Assembly: GCA_965267285.1 (NCBI GenBank)
Contig: OZ253948.1
Span: forward strand, 1,037,480-1,101,479
DNA: 64,000 nt
Direction: 5' to 3'
DNA from: Salibacteraceae bacterium
Lineage (GTDB): Bacteria > Bacteroidota > Bacteroidia > Flavobacteriales_G > Salibacteraceae
Below, in pieces: positions 17,547 through 27,453 of the stretch (position 1 is its first letter; the number at the start of each line of letters is the position of its first letter). The notes beneath the pieces were generated by a model that saw only the letters and a program-made list of their open reading frames with translations, was not told the origin of the DNA and did not search any database. The position numbers and the translations under genes were made by a program.

Positions 17547-19496
17547 ATGAAACAACTTTTCTCTCTCACCCTACTACTGGGTGTTTTCACATCATCTTTT
17601 GGGCAAGCCAAGATCACCGAAGATGCCTCTGGTACTACTACGGACCACGACATCTGCGCAATAAGCAACGCCATTGTTTATGGCTTTAACGGCACAACAG
17701 ATTCCATTGCAGAATACTGGTGGAGGATCTACGATTCCACCAAAACAAATTGGATTTATTACGCAACCGTTTCTGGGTCAAATGTGGCTTCGCCCGTCTC
17801 CCGAACCTTTGATGGGACTAAGATCATGCCCAACTCAAACACGACTACTTTTTCGAATACCAATAGCCCAAACCTCGCTTCCAACACCCCTTCTGGAAAG
17901 ACCAAACTCATCTTTTCATTCAACTGGAGGAACAAGGGATCTGGGACTTGGAACCAACTTGAAGACACAATTACCATCTGGAACTATCCTGCTGCAACGC
18001 CAAATCTTGGGAATGATACTGGTTATTGCGTAGGAAGCGGTATGCAGCTCGATGGCGGCATCTATGATACCTATAGCTGGTCTAATGGTGCCAATACAAG
18101 ATACGTATTCGTCTTTATGCCCGGTACATACAATGTGACTGTCAGTACTCCAAACGGGTGTTCTACGGCTTCGGATACGATCGTGGTGTCTGAGTGGCAA
18201 CTGCCCAATGTGAATCTTGGACCTGATACCTCATTTTGCGATGGAGATACCATTATGATCGACGGTGGAAATTATGCGAGCTACAGTTGGAGTACGACCG
18301 ACACATCGAGATTTCTGAGTGTTTCCAGCCCAAATATCTTCATTCTCACTGCGACCGACACCAATGGTTGTATCAATTCGGATACGATCTCGGTAACGCA
18401 GCTATCGCTTCCTTCTGTGAGCTTGGGTCCGGATACCAACATCTGCGATGGTGACGTGATCAGCATTTCTCCTGGTCCCAATTATTCATCCTATTCGTGG
18501 AGTACAGGGAGTATCACATCTAGTATTGTGATCGGATCAGCTGCCAACTACATGGTAACTGTAAGCGATGCCAACGGATGTTTTAATTCCGACGACCTCA
18601 CATTGGGAATCTACGCGCTTCCAACACCTCAGATTAGCAATGACACCATAGTATGCCCGGGTGAGAGTGTTACTGTCAGTTGCGGTTCGTTCACCTCTTA
18701 TTCCTGGAGTACGACAGCAACGAGTTCGACCATAAACGTTATGAACCCCGGCGATTATCGAGTAACAGTTACGGACGTCAATGGTTGTAGTGCTGCTTCC
18801 GACACAATGACCCTATCCAATTTTGCCCCACCATTGCCAGGCGTGTCAAACGATACAAGTTTTTGTGATGGAGATAGTGTGGTCATATCAGTAGGGACGC
18901 ATTCAATATACGCCTGGAGCACAGGAGCCACAAGCCAGTCCATTACAGTTTCTACGGCCGGCACCTACACTGTGACCGTAACGGATATGAATGGATGCTT
19001 TGAGAGCGATTCGGCTACGATAGGAGTTTTTGCACTTCCGGTGGTCGATCTCGGAAATGACACGACCATTTGCGTAGGAGATACCATTTCTATTTCCGGG
19101 GGTTCCTTTGCGACATATACGTGGAGCACGGCGGAAACCACAGAGAACATTTCGGTTTCCGACTCAAACATCTATTGGGTTTCGGTGATTGATCTCAATG
19201 GATGCGCCGGTTCCGATACCATGCAAGTGATGCTTGACGGCTGTGGGATAGGATTGGGTGAGCAGGTCCAACGTTCACTTAGGGTTTACCCAAACCCGTT
19301 TAGGAGCAATTTGACAATAACCTCCGATAAGGACATTGAGCAAATCTCCTTCTTTGACGCATCCGGAAGACTTGTCTATCGAAGGACAACTTCCGGTAAG
19401 GTTGCAAACGTTGAGTCAGACCTTCCAACCGGACTGTACTTCTTGGAAGTGAAAATGAACGGGGAATCGCACCGCATGCCATTGGTGCGCGAATAG
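17547..19496 (+). CDS. T9SS-sorted secreted repeat protein (type A C-terminal sorting domain)
   Basis: Signal peptide, six ~70-aa Cys-containing repeats, and a C-terminus LRVYPNPFRSNLTI...GLYFLEVKMNG... typical of Por_Secre_tail (about 19269-19493). Confidence 0.85.
   Translation: MKQLFSLTLLLGVFTSSFGQAKITEDASGTTTDHDICAISNAIVYGFNGTTDSIAEYWWRIYDSTKTNWIYYATVSGSNVASPVSRTFDGTKIMPNSNTTTFSNTNSPNLASNTPSGKTKLIFSFNWRNKGSGTWNQLEDTITIWNYPAATPNLGNDTGYCVGSGMQLDGGIYDTYSWSNGANTRYVFVFMPGTYNVTVSTPNGCSTASDTIVVSEWQLPNVNLGPDTSFCDGDTIMIDGGNYASYSWSTTDTSRFLSVSSPNIFILTATDTNGCINSDTISVTQLSLPSVSLGPDTNICDGDVISISPGPNYSSYSWSTGSITSSIVIGSAANYMVTVSDANGCFNSDDLTLGIYALPTPQISNDTIVCPGESVTVSCGSFTSYSWSTTATSSTINVMNPGDYRVTVTDVNGCSAASDTMTLSNFAPPLPGVSNDTSFCDGDSVVISVGTHSIYAWSTGATSQSITVSTAGTYTVTVTDMNGCFESDSATIGVFALPVVDLGNDTTICVGDTISISGGSFATYTWSTAETTENISVSDSNIYWVSVIDLNGCAGSDTMQVMLDGCGIGLGEQVQRSLRVYPNPFRSNLTITSDKDIEQISFFDASGRLVYRRTTSGKVANVESDLPTGLYFLEVKMNGESHRMPLVRE
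17988..19244 (+). repeat. Six tandem ~69-70-aa protein repeats (LG.DT..C.GD...I..G....Y.WSTG......V...G.Y.VTV.D.NGC...D)
   Basis: Manual alignment of the translated ORF. Each unit has two conserved Cys. The repeats are diverged at the DNA level. Confidence 0.8.
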
Positions 19497-19949
19497 CTAC
19501 TTCAACTTAAATTCAATCTGCATCGAGAGCCTCATGGCCTGGTAGGTGCCTTTGGAAATACCCGGAATCCAGGGGCCGGTGGATTGCATTACCCGGACAG
19601 CTTCCTTATTGATGCTTGGCGTGACGCCCTGCAACACCCTAACGTTGCCAATGTCCCCTCTTCTGGAAATCACGTAATCGAGAATGACAACACCTTCGAT
19701 CTTTTCCTTCTTAGCATCCTTGGGGTATACAAGTCGGGATTTAGTATCGTTCATCAATCCAGGAAATCCTTCAGGGTACATAGGGAAACGAACCAATCCG
19801 TTTTTCTTTTGTTCCTTACTGGCCTCTAACACCGGCCGGCAATCGTAGGCCTCGATCATGGCTTTGAAGTGCTCAGTATCTTGTGCGCGGCCTTCGTGGA
19901 TTGAACATGCAAGGAGCACGGTAAACAATATGAAATAACGTTTCACCAT
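19497..19949 (-). CDS. Exported TonB C-terminal-domain protein
   Basis: Signal peptide and a C-terminal ...YPKDAKKEKIEGVVILDYVISRRGDIGNVRVLQG...NKEAVRVM... TonB_C pattern. Confidence 0.7.
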   Translation of the reverse strand: MVKRYFILFTVLLACSIHEGRAQDTEHFKAMIEAYDCRPVLEASKEQKKNGLVRFPMYPEGFPGLMNDTKSRLVYPKDAKKEKIEGVVILDYVISRRGDIGNVRVLQGVTPSINKEAVRVMQSTGPWIPGISKGTYQAMRLSMQIEFKLK

Positions 19950-19962
19950 TTAGTGGTTCTTT

Positions 19963-19970
19963 CAAAGGTA
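19963..19970 (-). promoter_or_regulatory. Candidate -7 box TACCTTTG
   Basis: Plus strand CAAAGGTA, 13 nt upstream of ATG 19949. Confidence 0.3.
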
Positions 19971-20018
19971 TGTAATAGTACCCTGAATTAACTGACCACT
20001 TTACGACGGTATCGACAG

Positions 20019-20567
20019 TTAGTTGTGAATTTGGTCGACAAAGAGTGCCTGTAGTCGATTGGCCTCCTGCTTCAATTTATCCAGAAAGACTGTGTCGGCC
20101 TTGGATTTCGGAAGAATATCCTTGTTTTCAAGATAACGTATCAAACGACCATCTTTTGCGAAGTAATAGCGCTTTTCGTCTGCGTTGTCGTTTTCTTTCT
20201 TGTAGTAGACAAATCGCAATGCAGATGTCTCGTAGTAAAACTCCCAATGATATTCGGTGAGACTGACCGTTTCGTCCACGTCAACCCTGCGAAGTACTAT
20301 GCGAGGGTCGCCTTCGCATTCCTCACAGGTTCTCGGGTCATCTTCGTAGAAGAATCGTGTCTTTTTTTTGTAATATCCTGAACCCCTCCAACCGTCACCG
20401 GCAGTGTTAACGACCAATTCATCCTTGTAGTAAGAATTGTTGAAGATCCCTTCTGAAACGACTGTATATCCCTTTCTGATGGCAATTATGTCTGATTCCT
20501 GTGATTTGGTGGAAAAGGACAAAAGCATTGCCAGCCCAAGAAATACGGGGGGATATTGGAATTTCAT
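20019..20567 (-). CDS. Exported hypothetical protein
   Basis: Signal peptide. Y/K/E-rich 182-aa ORF with no recognised family. 9 nt downstream of the ABC gene. Confidence 0.55.
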   Translation of the reverse strand: MKFQYPPVFLGLAMLLSFSTKSQESDIIAIRKGYTVVSEGIFNNSYYKDELVVNTAGDGWRGSGYYKKKTRFFYEDDPRTCEECEGDPRIVLRRVDVDETVSLTEYHWEFYYETSALRFVYYKKENDNADEKRYYFAKDGRLIRYLENKDILPKSKADTVFLDKLKQEANRLQALFVDQIHN

Positions 20568-20576
20568 GGATGGGGA

Positions 20577-23500
20577 TTACTTTTTCTTTTTGAAGACAGG
20601 ACCGCTACTGAGGCTTTTCAGGAGTTTTCTCAACCAGTCGTTGTAGAGGGCTATGATCAGAATCCAGGTCATAAACCAGATCACGAACATGTTGACCCAA
20701 TAAGTATCGTATCGTTTCCCAAAAAATGTCTTGGTAGGAGCAAAGAAGTGAGCCCTCAAATTCGGTGAATCCCGATACACAGGATTATTCTGTTGGATTA
20801 ACTCACCATCCAATTCGATGACGGCATCTATCTCAAGCTTATTGGTCACCAGATCCCGAAGGCCTTCATTTCTATAATCTTCCTTCAGTTGATGGAATCC
20901 GCCTTGCTCTTTAAAAGCCTTGTTGGCCTTGCCAACAGCCACATCCTTTTGGTCGGTGGTGTAATTGTAAACCTTGATGTAGAAATTCTTTAGCCGATCC
21001 AGATGATAGTCCACCTCGTCCAGAAGATCGGTGTCGACTGAGCCCATACGAAGGTCGTCCACACGGTCAAATTGGATCTTATTGGTGATGGCGTTTTGTT
21101 TGGTAAGTTCGTTTCTCAGCAGTAATAACCCATCTTCAACAAGTTCGTTGTTTTCACCCTTTTCAATACTGTTTTGGAGGAATCCGATCTTGGCTTTGAG
21201 TTTCGGGATCCAATAGGTTTTGCGATAGTCTGCCGTAAGTAACTCCTTGTCGTATGCATAGATATGCCGCTCAAAATTGTTGTAGATATACTGTTGAACC
21301 GCAAGTGCCTCAAATGCCCATCTGGAAGCCATCATTTCGCCGATGATGGGTACCACGGTCTTGGAACTTATGGTAGGGTTCAGCTTGTCAAACTTCACAA
21401 TCACACCGCTGAAGATCAACTGAGGTATGATGAGAAATGGAATGAGGATATAAATCGTCACCGCCGAATTGAAGCTAGCCGATATATTGAGCCCAAGGGC
21501 GTTGGCAAAGCAAGCCACCGTGAACAAGGCGTACCAATAGTCGAAGGTCAATCCATCGATGCCGAGAATGTTATTGCCTATCAAGACGAAGGTATAGGTC
21601 TGGATTGCCGATAGGCAGAACATGATCAAGATCTTCGAAAACAAGTAGGAGCCATTACTCAGATTGAGGAATTTCTCCCTTTTCCGAATCTTTTGATCGC
21701 GAATAATCTCCTCCGCACTTACAGTAAGTCCGACAAACAGGGCCACCACCACCGCCATGAAGATGTATGCCGGAATGTTCTCATTTTCGAGGAATACATA
21801 TTGATCACCCTGATGAACTTCATGGAAGCGAATGAAATAAGCGAGGATCAAGGCTAATACAGGTGATTCCAGCAGGTTGATCATCATGTATTGCCGATTG
21901 GTCAGCTTAGATAGTACATCCCTGGTGATGAACACCTTAAATTGTTTGAAGATGTTCGGGATCTGGAATCCGGTCTTTGGCGATTCAGTAGAATCCGGTA
22001 TTATCTTCTGATTAGGAGCCAGGAGCTCATCATACTTCTCTCGCCACTCATCCGGACTGACCTTGCGCTCGTGTGTGAAATTTCCATATTCATCCACCAC
22101 CTTGGCTTCGATGATGTTGAAAATCAACTCCGGGTTAACATGTTCCACGACCTCCTCGACATTAGCGTAGTTGGCCTGCCGCTTGAAATAGCTGATGCCG
22201 TCAACCGGGTTGCCATTGTAGATGAGGCGACCCCCAATGTCAAGAATGTAGAGTTTGTCAAACATCTTGAAGATGTCGGAACTAGGCTGGTGGATCACCA
22301 CGAATATGACCTTGCCTTTGAGTGAAAGCTCCTTGAGCAGATCCATGATATTTTCTGAATCCCTGGATGAAAGTCCGGATGTCGGTTCGTCCACAAACAG
22401 AACTGGTGGCTCCCGTATCAACTCCAGCGCAATATTCAGTCTCTTGCGCTGGCCACCACTGATGGTCTTGTCCATGGGACTCCCCACCTTCAGATCTTTT
22501 GTTTCGAGCAAGCCAAGGTCTCTCAACAGGTTGAGTACCATGTCCTCGATTTCCGCATCCTTTAGCTGGGCGTAACACAGCTTGGTATTGTAGAAGAGGT
22601 TTTGGAATACTGTTAGTTCCTCTATCAGAAGGTCATCCTGAGGAACATATCCAATGATACGCTCGATATTGTTTTTGGGATCATGGATGTCGAATCCATT
22701 GATGGTAATACGCCCGTATGTGGGGATGTAGTTACCGTTGAGCACATTGAGCAGGGTAGACTTACCAGTACCACTCCCACCCATGATGCCAATGAGGGTA
22801 CCGTCCTCTTCAGCAAGGTTCATCTTGTGCAGGCCGATGTTCCCTCCCTTAAAGTGATATTCGATCTCCTCGGCCCGGAAGACAATTTTTTCCTTTTCGC
22901 TTACCTGGGTAAAGGTGTTGATGATATCGCTGAAATAGATAGGAGTGACCTTCGAGCTGCGGATAGAGGAGCCAACCGTAAGGATGTAGGCTTTCAGCGG
23001 GGTGATGATCTGACCATTGAGGTAGAGTTCGTCTTTACCGAAATAACGCAAGGCGTACATGCCCACATTCGCAAAGCGCAAAATGGAGATACTCCCGCTT
23101 AAGGTTTTATTGCCCAGGTGCTTGTTTAGCTTTCGATTTCCAGCGTCTTCCTTGCTATTGATCAAGAGTATTTCCGGATGATCCGGAATCTCGAGTGCTT
23201 TGTCGCCTTCGAGGAACTTCAGGCAGATATCGTACTCCCATTGAGGAATTTTGAAAGATTCCGAAACGATGTTGAGGAAGTTCAACTCATGTTCCGACAG
23301 GTTTTCATCGGCGAGGATGTATTCGATGAGGCGCAGCAGGATGACAATCTTTTGCTTTTGCTGGAGGTCCTGATTGATGGCCCCACACACTTTCAGGACC
23401 AATTCGTCACTCACTTCCTCTATGGCTTGCCCTTGTACGTCATCGTCGATGGAAATACCGTGGTAGCGTTTGATGTATTCTTCATACATCTTCACGTACT

Positions 23501-23633
23501 TCTTGGCTAGTTCCTTATTGAGTTCAGTTTCAAGGTAATACCGAACAACATCTCGGCTTTCCACTGTGATGTCATCCACGTCGGAAGCGAGAGCGAAGAG
23601 TTTCATAAGAGCTTTGAGGAGTGCTTCGCTCAT
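20577..23633 (-). CDS. Fused ABC transporter (ABCG-like ATPase + ABC-2 permease) with N-terminal and C-terminal extra domains
   Basis: Walker A GGSGTGKST, signature SGGQRKRLNIA and Walker B LFVDEPTSGLS in the middle, followed by ~6 TM, a ~190-aa soluble segment and a final TM. About 260 aa of extra N-terminal sequence. Confidence 0.85.
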   Translation of the reverse strand: MSEALLKALMKLFALASDVDDITVESRDVVRYYLETELNKELAKKYVKMYEEYIKRYHGISIDDDVQGQAIEEVSDELVLKVCGAINQDLQQKQKIVILLRLIEYILADENLSEHELNFLNIVSESFKIPQWEYDICLKFLEGDKALEIPDHPEILLINSKEDAGNRKLNKHLGNKTLSGSISILRFANVGMYALRYFGKDELYLNGQIITPLKAYILTVGSSIRSSKVTPIYFSDIINTFTQVSEKEKIVFRAEEIEYHFKGGNIGLHKMNLAEEDGTLIGIMGGSGTGKSTLLNVLNGNYIPTYGRITINGFDIHDPKNNIERIIGYVPQDDLLIEELTVFQNLFYNTKLCYAQLKDAEIEDMVLNLLRDLGLLETKDLKVGSPMDKTISGGQRKRLNIALELIREPPVLFVDEPTSGLSSRDSENIMDLLKELSLKGKVIFVVIHQPSSDIFKMFDKLYILDIGGRLIYNGNPVDGISYFKRQANYANVEEVVEHVNPELIFNIIEAKVVDEYGNFTHERKVSPDEWREKYDELLAPNQKIIPDSTESPKTGFQIPNIFKQFKVFITRDVLSKLTNRQYMMINLLESPVLALILAYFIRFHEVHQGDQYVFLENENIPAYIFMAVVVALFVGLTVSAEEIIRDQKIRKREKFLNLSNGSYLFSKILIMFCLSAIQTYTFVLIGNNILGIDGLTFDYWYALFTVACFANALGLNISASFNSAVTIYILIPFLIIPQLIFSGVIVKFDKLNPTISSKTVVPIIGEMMASRWAFEALAVQQYIYNNFERHIYAYDKELLTADYRKTYWIPKLKAKIGFLQNSIEKGENNELVEDGLLLLRNELTKQNAITNKIQFDRVDDLRMGSVDTDLLDEVDYHLDRLKNFYIKVYNYTTDQKDVAVGKANKAFKEQGGFHQLKEDYRNEGLRDLVTNKLEIDAVIELDGELIQQNNPVYRDSPNLRAHFFAPTKTFFGKRYDTYWVNMFVIWFMTWILIIALYNDWLRKLLKSLSSGPVFKKKK

Positions 23634-23641
23634 AGGTCGAT

Positions 23642-23649
23642 CAAATATA
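23642..23649 (-). promoter_or_regulatory. Candidate -7 box TATATTTG
   Basis: Plus strand CAAATATA, 8 nt upstream of ATG 23633. Confidence 0.3.
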
Positions 23650-23675
23650 ATTAAGCCCCAATAATTGCCAAGCTA

Positions 23676-24137
23676 TTAGTAGCCTTTTTCGGTGCGCTTC
23701 ATTTGGCGCTGGATGTCCTTCTCTTTCAGGGTTTCCCTTTTGTCGAATTGCTTCTTTCCACGTGCGATCGCGATTTCCACTTTTGCCCATCCCTTGGCAT
23801 TGATAAAGAGCTTGGTAGGTACTATTGTTAGCCCTACATCCTTCACCTTCTTCTCAATCTTTTTGATCTCCTGTTTATTGAGAAGCAGTTTGCGATCCCT
23901 TTTGGGTTCGTGCCCGGCAAATCCTGCATTTTCGTACTCCGCGATGTGCAGGTTTTTGATGAAGACTTCACCGCCATTTACAAAGCAGAAAGAATCGCTG
24001 AGGTTTGCTCCTCCTCCGCGAATACTCTTGATCTCACTTCCCGATAATTGTATCCCGGCTATGAATTTATCGAGCAATTCATAATCGTGATGGGCCTTCC
24101 GGTTTTTCAGATTTATGGGATCCTCAGACTTAGGCAC
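23676..24137 (-). CDS. smpB: SsrA-binding protein SmpB
   Basis: NRKAHHDYE...G.EIKS.R....L.DSF..., KLLL and the IAIARGKK.FDKRE family pattern. GTG start overlaps the upstream permease gene by 8 nt. Confidence 0.9.
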   Translation of the reverse strand: MPKSEDPINLKNRKAHHDYELLDKFIAGIQLSGSEIKSIRGGGANLSDSFCFVNGGEVFIKNLHIAEYENAGFAGHEPKRDRKLLLNKQEIKKIEKKVKDVGLTIVPTKLFINAKGWAKVEIAIARGKKQFDKRETLKEKDIQRQMKRTEKGY

Positions 24138-24969
24138 GACGTATTCTCTGGATGGTTAATACAACTAGAAACATCAGTCCGCAAAATAAGGCCATTGATC
24201 CGGAAATAGACGAATCGAAAACAAGCGCGAGCACATAACCACCTACGGATGAGACGGCAGCAAAGAGAAGGGACATGGCGATAAGTGGCCCCATTCGGTT
24301 TGTCAGCAGATAAGCCGTTGCTGCCGGAGTAATGAGAAATGCAACGACCAGAATAGCACCTACATTCTCAAATGACACTACAACTGTGAGGGAAACCAGG
24401 GCCATCAGCACATAGTTCCAGACACGGGTTTTGATGCCCACGGATTCTGCAAAGTCCGGATCAAATGAGGTTACCATCAATCCCTTATACATCCTGGAAA
24501 TAAATAATGTTAGGACCAACAACAGGCCGGCACTGATGTAAAAGCTTCTGGGTCCAAGGATGGAGTCTCCCCAAAAAATTACATCCAAAGGCAAATAGGC
24601 GATCTCTCCATAGAGTACATGCTCCTGGTCTAAATGAACCTGATCTGCGAACAAAGACACCAGGATCACACCGAGGCTAAAGAGGGCGGTGTAACTCAAC
24701 CCGATGGCCGCATCCTCGCGGATATTTCTACTACGTTGCAAAAAGTCGATGAGGAGCACCAATACAAATCCCGAAAGTATGCTTGCCGTAAGGATTCCTA
24801 TCAGGTTCTTATTGCCCAGGATTACGTACGCGAGCACCATACCCGGAAGCACCGAGTGTGACAGTGCGTCGCCAACCATGGCCGTTTTTCTCAAAACCAG
24901 AAAACTCCCGATCAGCGTACAGTTAATCGCAACAATGGCCCCTGTTAATATGATCCAAAAAGCGTCCAT
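24130..24969 (-). CDS. Metal (Mn/Zn/Fe) ABC transporter permease, ABC-3 family
   Basis: Polytopic, with GDALSHSVLPG-type motif. Paralogous to 24969-25820. Confidence 0.9.
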   Translation of the reverse strand: MDAFWIILTGAIVAINCTLIGSFLVLRKTAMVGDALSHSVLPGMVLAYVILGNKNLIGILTASILSGFVLVLLIDFLQRSRNIREDAAIGLSYTALFSLGVILVSLFADQVHLDQEHVLYGEIAYLPLDVIFWGDSILGPRSFYISAGLLLVLTLFISRMYKGLMVTSFDPDFAESVGIKTRVWNYVLMALVSLTVVVSFENVGAILVVAFLITPAATAYLLTNRMGPLIAMSLLFAAVSSVGGYVLALVFDSSISGSMALFCGLMFLVVLTIQRIRRA

Positions 24970-25820
24970 TATCTAAGCCTTATTTTGGAACCAAGCATCG
25001 AAACCATGACAATAGCAAACAATCCTAAAACGATCCAGGGTCCTGTTGGCATGGATGGAGAAACAAAACTGATATAGGACCCAAATACCCCGGAAAATGC
25101 ACCGAAGATGAGAGCCAGGAAGATAACGCCCTTAAGAGAGTTGCTCCAAAACAAGGCAGCCAGGGTAGGAGCGATGAGTAATGCTGCCATGAGTACTACG
25201 CCCACTGACTGAATGCCAATACTTATGGCTAATACTGTCAATGCTGAGAGCAGTCCATTCAAAAAGCGCATCGGAACTCCTATCGATTCTCCAAAACTTC
25301 TGTTGAACGCCAGTAGCCTGAATTCCTTGAAGAGCAAAACGAGCACAATGAAGATTACAGCGGATACTACGGCAATACTTTGTACGTCCGCTTCGGTCAG
25401 CGAAGCAGCTTTTCCAAAAAGAAATGACTCCAGTCCGGCTTGCTGGGCGCCGTAGTGATGTTGGATGAATGTGAGCAAGACGATGCCGAGTCCAAAAAAG
25501 AGGCTGAGTGTGATACCCAGTGCCGCGTCGGATTTGAGCTTGGTTTGGTTGCTGATGTAGTCAACAAGCAATCCCGAGAGGATGCCAAAAACAAAAGCTC
25601 CGAGTAAGAGGAAGTATGGATTTTTGACTGGATAGAGCATAAAAGCAATGCAGATTCCGGGTAGAATGGAATGCGAGATTGCATCCCCAAGCAAGGACTT
25701 TCGCATGAGTACCATAAAGGCACCTATCGCACCTGAACTGGCCCCAACCAGCAGTGTTCCCAGTACAACGACCCGGACATTAGGGTCTTCAAAGGAGAGA
25801 AATCGGGCCAGGTCTTCCAT
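24969..25820 (-). CDS. Metal ABC transporter permease, ABC-3 family
   Basis: GDAISHSILPG motif and 8-9 TM. Confidence 0.9.
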   Translation of the reverse strand: MEDLARFLSFEDPNVRVVVLGTLLVGASSGAIGAFMVLMRKSLLGDAISHSILPGICIAFMLYPVKNPYFLLLGAFVFGILSGLLVDYISNQTKLKSDAALGITLSLFFGLGIVLLTFIQHHYGAQQAGLESFLFGKAASLTEADVQSIAVVSAVIFIVLVLLFKEFRLLAFNRSFGESIGVPMRFLNGLLSALTVLAISIGIQSVGVVLMAALLIAPTLAALFWSNSLKGVIFLALIFGAFSGVFGSYISFVSPSMPTGPWIVLGLFAIVMVSMLGSKIRLR

Positions 25821-26551
25821 CAGATTTCATCCATTACCTTCATGCTACCCCCGTATGCTGCGATGAGGTTTTCCCTGGTAAAGGCCCGATCGGTTTTACC
25901 ACAGGTGATCAAGGAAGTATCAAGCATCACGATCGAATCGAAGTATTCCTTCACAGTGGATAAGTCGTGGTGTACGATGATAATCGTTTTGCCTTGGCGC
26001 TTCATCTCGAGCATGAGGTCAATCAGCGCTTTTTCCGTGGCCGCATCGACACCGGCAAAGGGTTCATCCATGAGGTAGAGGTCGGCTTGTTGTGCAATCG
26101 CACGTGCCAGGAATACGCGTTGCTGCTGACCCCCGGATAACTGTCCGATCTGACGGTTTTTGTATTCGCTCAGCTGAACCTCTTCGATAGCATTGAGAAC
26201 AATTTGCCGATCCGCCTTCGAGAGTGGACGAAGCAATCGACGCGCTTTGAATCGGCCCATTTCTACCACGTCATAAACGCTTACCGGAAATTCCCAGTCG
26301 ACAGATTCTCTTTGGGGTACATAGGAAATGCGATCACGAACGGTATTTAGTTTTTCACCATAAACCCTAATACGCCCTGCATCGGATTTTACAAGTCCCA
26401 TAATTGACTTGAGAAGCGTGCTCTTGCCCGAGCCGTTGGGTCCGATAACGCCAATGATTTCACCGGCATTGAGTTCAAAGCTGACTTGATCCAAGGCTAC
26501 CTTTTTGCCGTAGGAAACGGTGAGATCTGATATCTGAACGATAGAACTCAT
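25820..26551 (-). CDS. Metal ABC transporter ATP-binding protein
   Basis: GPNGSGKST, LSGGQQQRVFLARA and LYLMDEPFAGVD. Confidence 0.93.
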   Translation of the reverse strand: MSSIVQISDLTVSYGKKVALDQVSFELNAGEIIGVIGPNGSGKSTLLKSIMGLVKSDAGRIRVYGEKLNTVRDRISYVPQRESVDWEFPVSVYDVVEMGRFKARRLLRPLSKADRQIVLNAIEEVQLSEYKNRQIGQLSGGQQQRVFLARAIAQQADLYLMDEPFAGVDAATEKALIDLMLEMKRQGKTIIIVHHDLSTVKEYFDSIVMLDTSLITCGKTDRAFTRENLIAAYGGSMKVMDEI

Positions 26552-27453
26552 CGAAGCGCAGATACGATGGTTTTTACATTCTCCCGAAGCATTCCAGCGT
26601 AGGTTCCGGCAGGGCCTCCCACATCGCCCAGGGCATCGCTATAGAGTGTTCCGCCATTCTTTACGTTATACCCTTTCGATCTGCAGCCCTCCATCACCGC
26701 ATCCATATACTTGGATGGCACGGATGACTCTACAAATACGGCTTTGATCCGACGCTTGACAATGGTATCGACCATATCGGTTACATCCTTGAGGCCAAAC
26801 TCCGCCGTTGTAGTCACACCCTGCAGGCCGAGTACCTGAATGTTGTAGGCCCGAGAGAAGTAGCCAAAGGCATCGTGCGATGTGATAAGCAGGCGCTGAT
26901 TCTCGGGTATACTTCCTATTTCTTCTCCAACCCACCGATGAAGGTTGGCGAGTGAATCCAGGTAGGACTGAGTATTTTGGAGGATGGTTGCAGAATCCAT
27001 TGCCTGATGCCGGATCATTTTTGAAGCGATACCATATACACATTGGGACCAAATGGTGGCATCGAACCAAATATGCGGGTCCACTACATTTTGGTTTTCG
27101 AGTTCTATAAGGTTGTTTTTGGTGACTTGATCGGCTATTGCAAGTACAGGTTGAGACCTGCCGAGTTTCGCAAGTACATCGCCCATTTTGCCTTCGAGTT
27201 CGAGTCCATTGTAAAGCACAAGGTCAGCAGAGCGCAGTTCGGCAATGTCGCCTTGGGTCGCCTTGTAATAATGTGGATCGATGCCCGGTCCCATCAGTGA
27301 TACGACCTCGACTTCCCCCTTTCCAATTTGATTGACTGCATCGGCAATCATGGTAGTGGTACATACTACCTTAAATTGGTCATTGCTCTCCTTTTCCGGC
27401 GCACTGCAGGACCAGGCAATTAGTGCCATTATACCCAATATCCATCCCCTCAT
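26548..27453 (-). CDS. Metal ABC transporter substrate-binding protein (TroA/ZnuA/PsaA cluster 9)
   Basis: Signal peptide/lipobox (WSCS), DPHYY..., DPHIWFD and SHDAFGYF motifs. Confidence 0.9.
   Translation of the reverse strand: MRGWILGIMALIAWSCSAPEKESNDQFKVVCTTTMIADAVNQIGKGEVEVVSLMGPGIDPHYYKATQGDIAELRSADLVLYNGLELEGKMGDVLAKLGRSQPVLAIADQVTKNNLIELENQNVVDPHIWFDATIWSQCVYGIASKMIRHQAMDSATILQNTQSYLDSLANLHRWVGEEIGSIPENQRLLITSHDAFGYFSRAYNIQVLGLQGVTTTAEFGLKDVTDMVDTIVKRRIKAVFVESSVPSKYMDAVMEGCRSKGYNVKNGGTLYSDALGDVGGPAGTYAGMLRENVKTIVSALR

Noticed and set aside
17988-19244. Regular ~210-nt periodicity that might be taken for a DNA tandem repeat or CRISPR-like array.
   Set aside because: The periodicity is at the protein-domain level inside one long ORF. 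The units are diverged in DNA sequence, there are no short identical direct repeats with unique spacers, and no cas genes are present.
20361-20369. Homopolymer tracts as phase-variation switches: the A8/T8 run in the 182-aa gene, the C6/G6 run at 20547-20552, and the G6 run at about 242-247.
   Set aside because: The tracts are short (6-8 nt) and encode ordinary KKK or PP stretches. There is no evidence of alternative frames with meaningful products.
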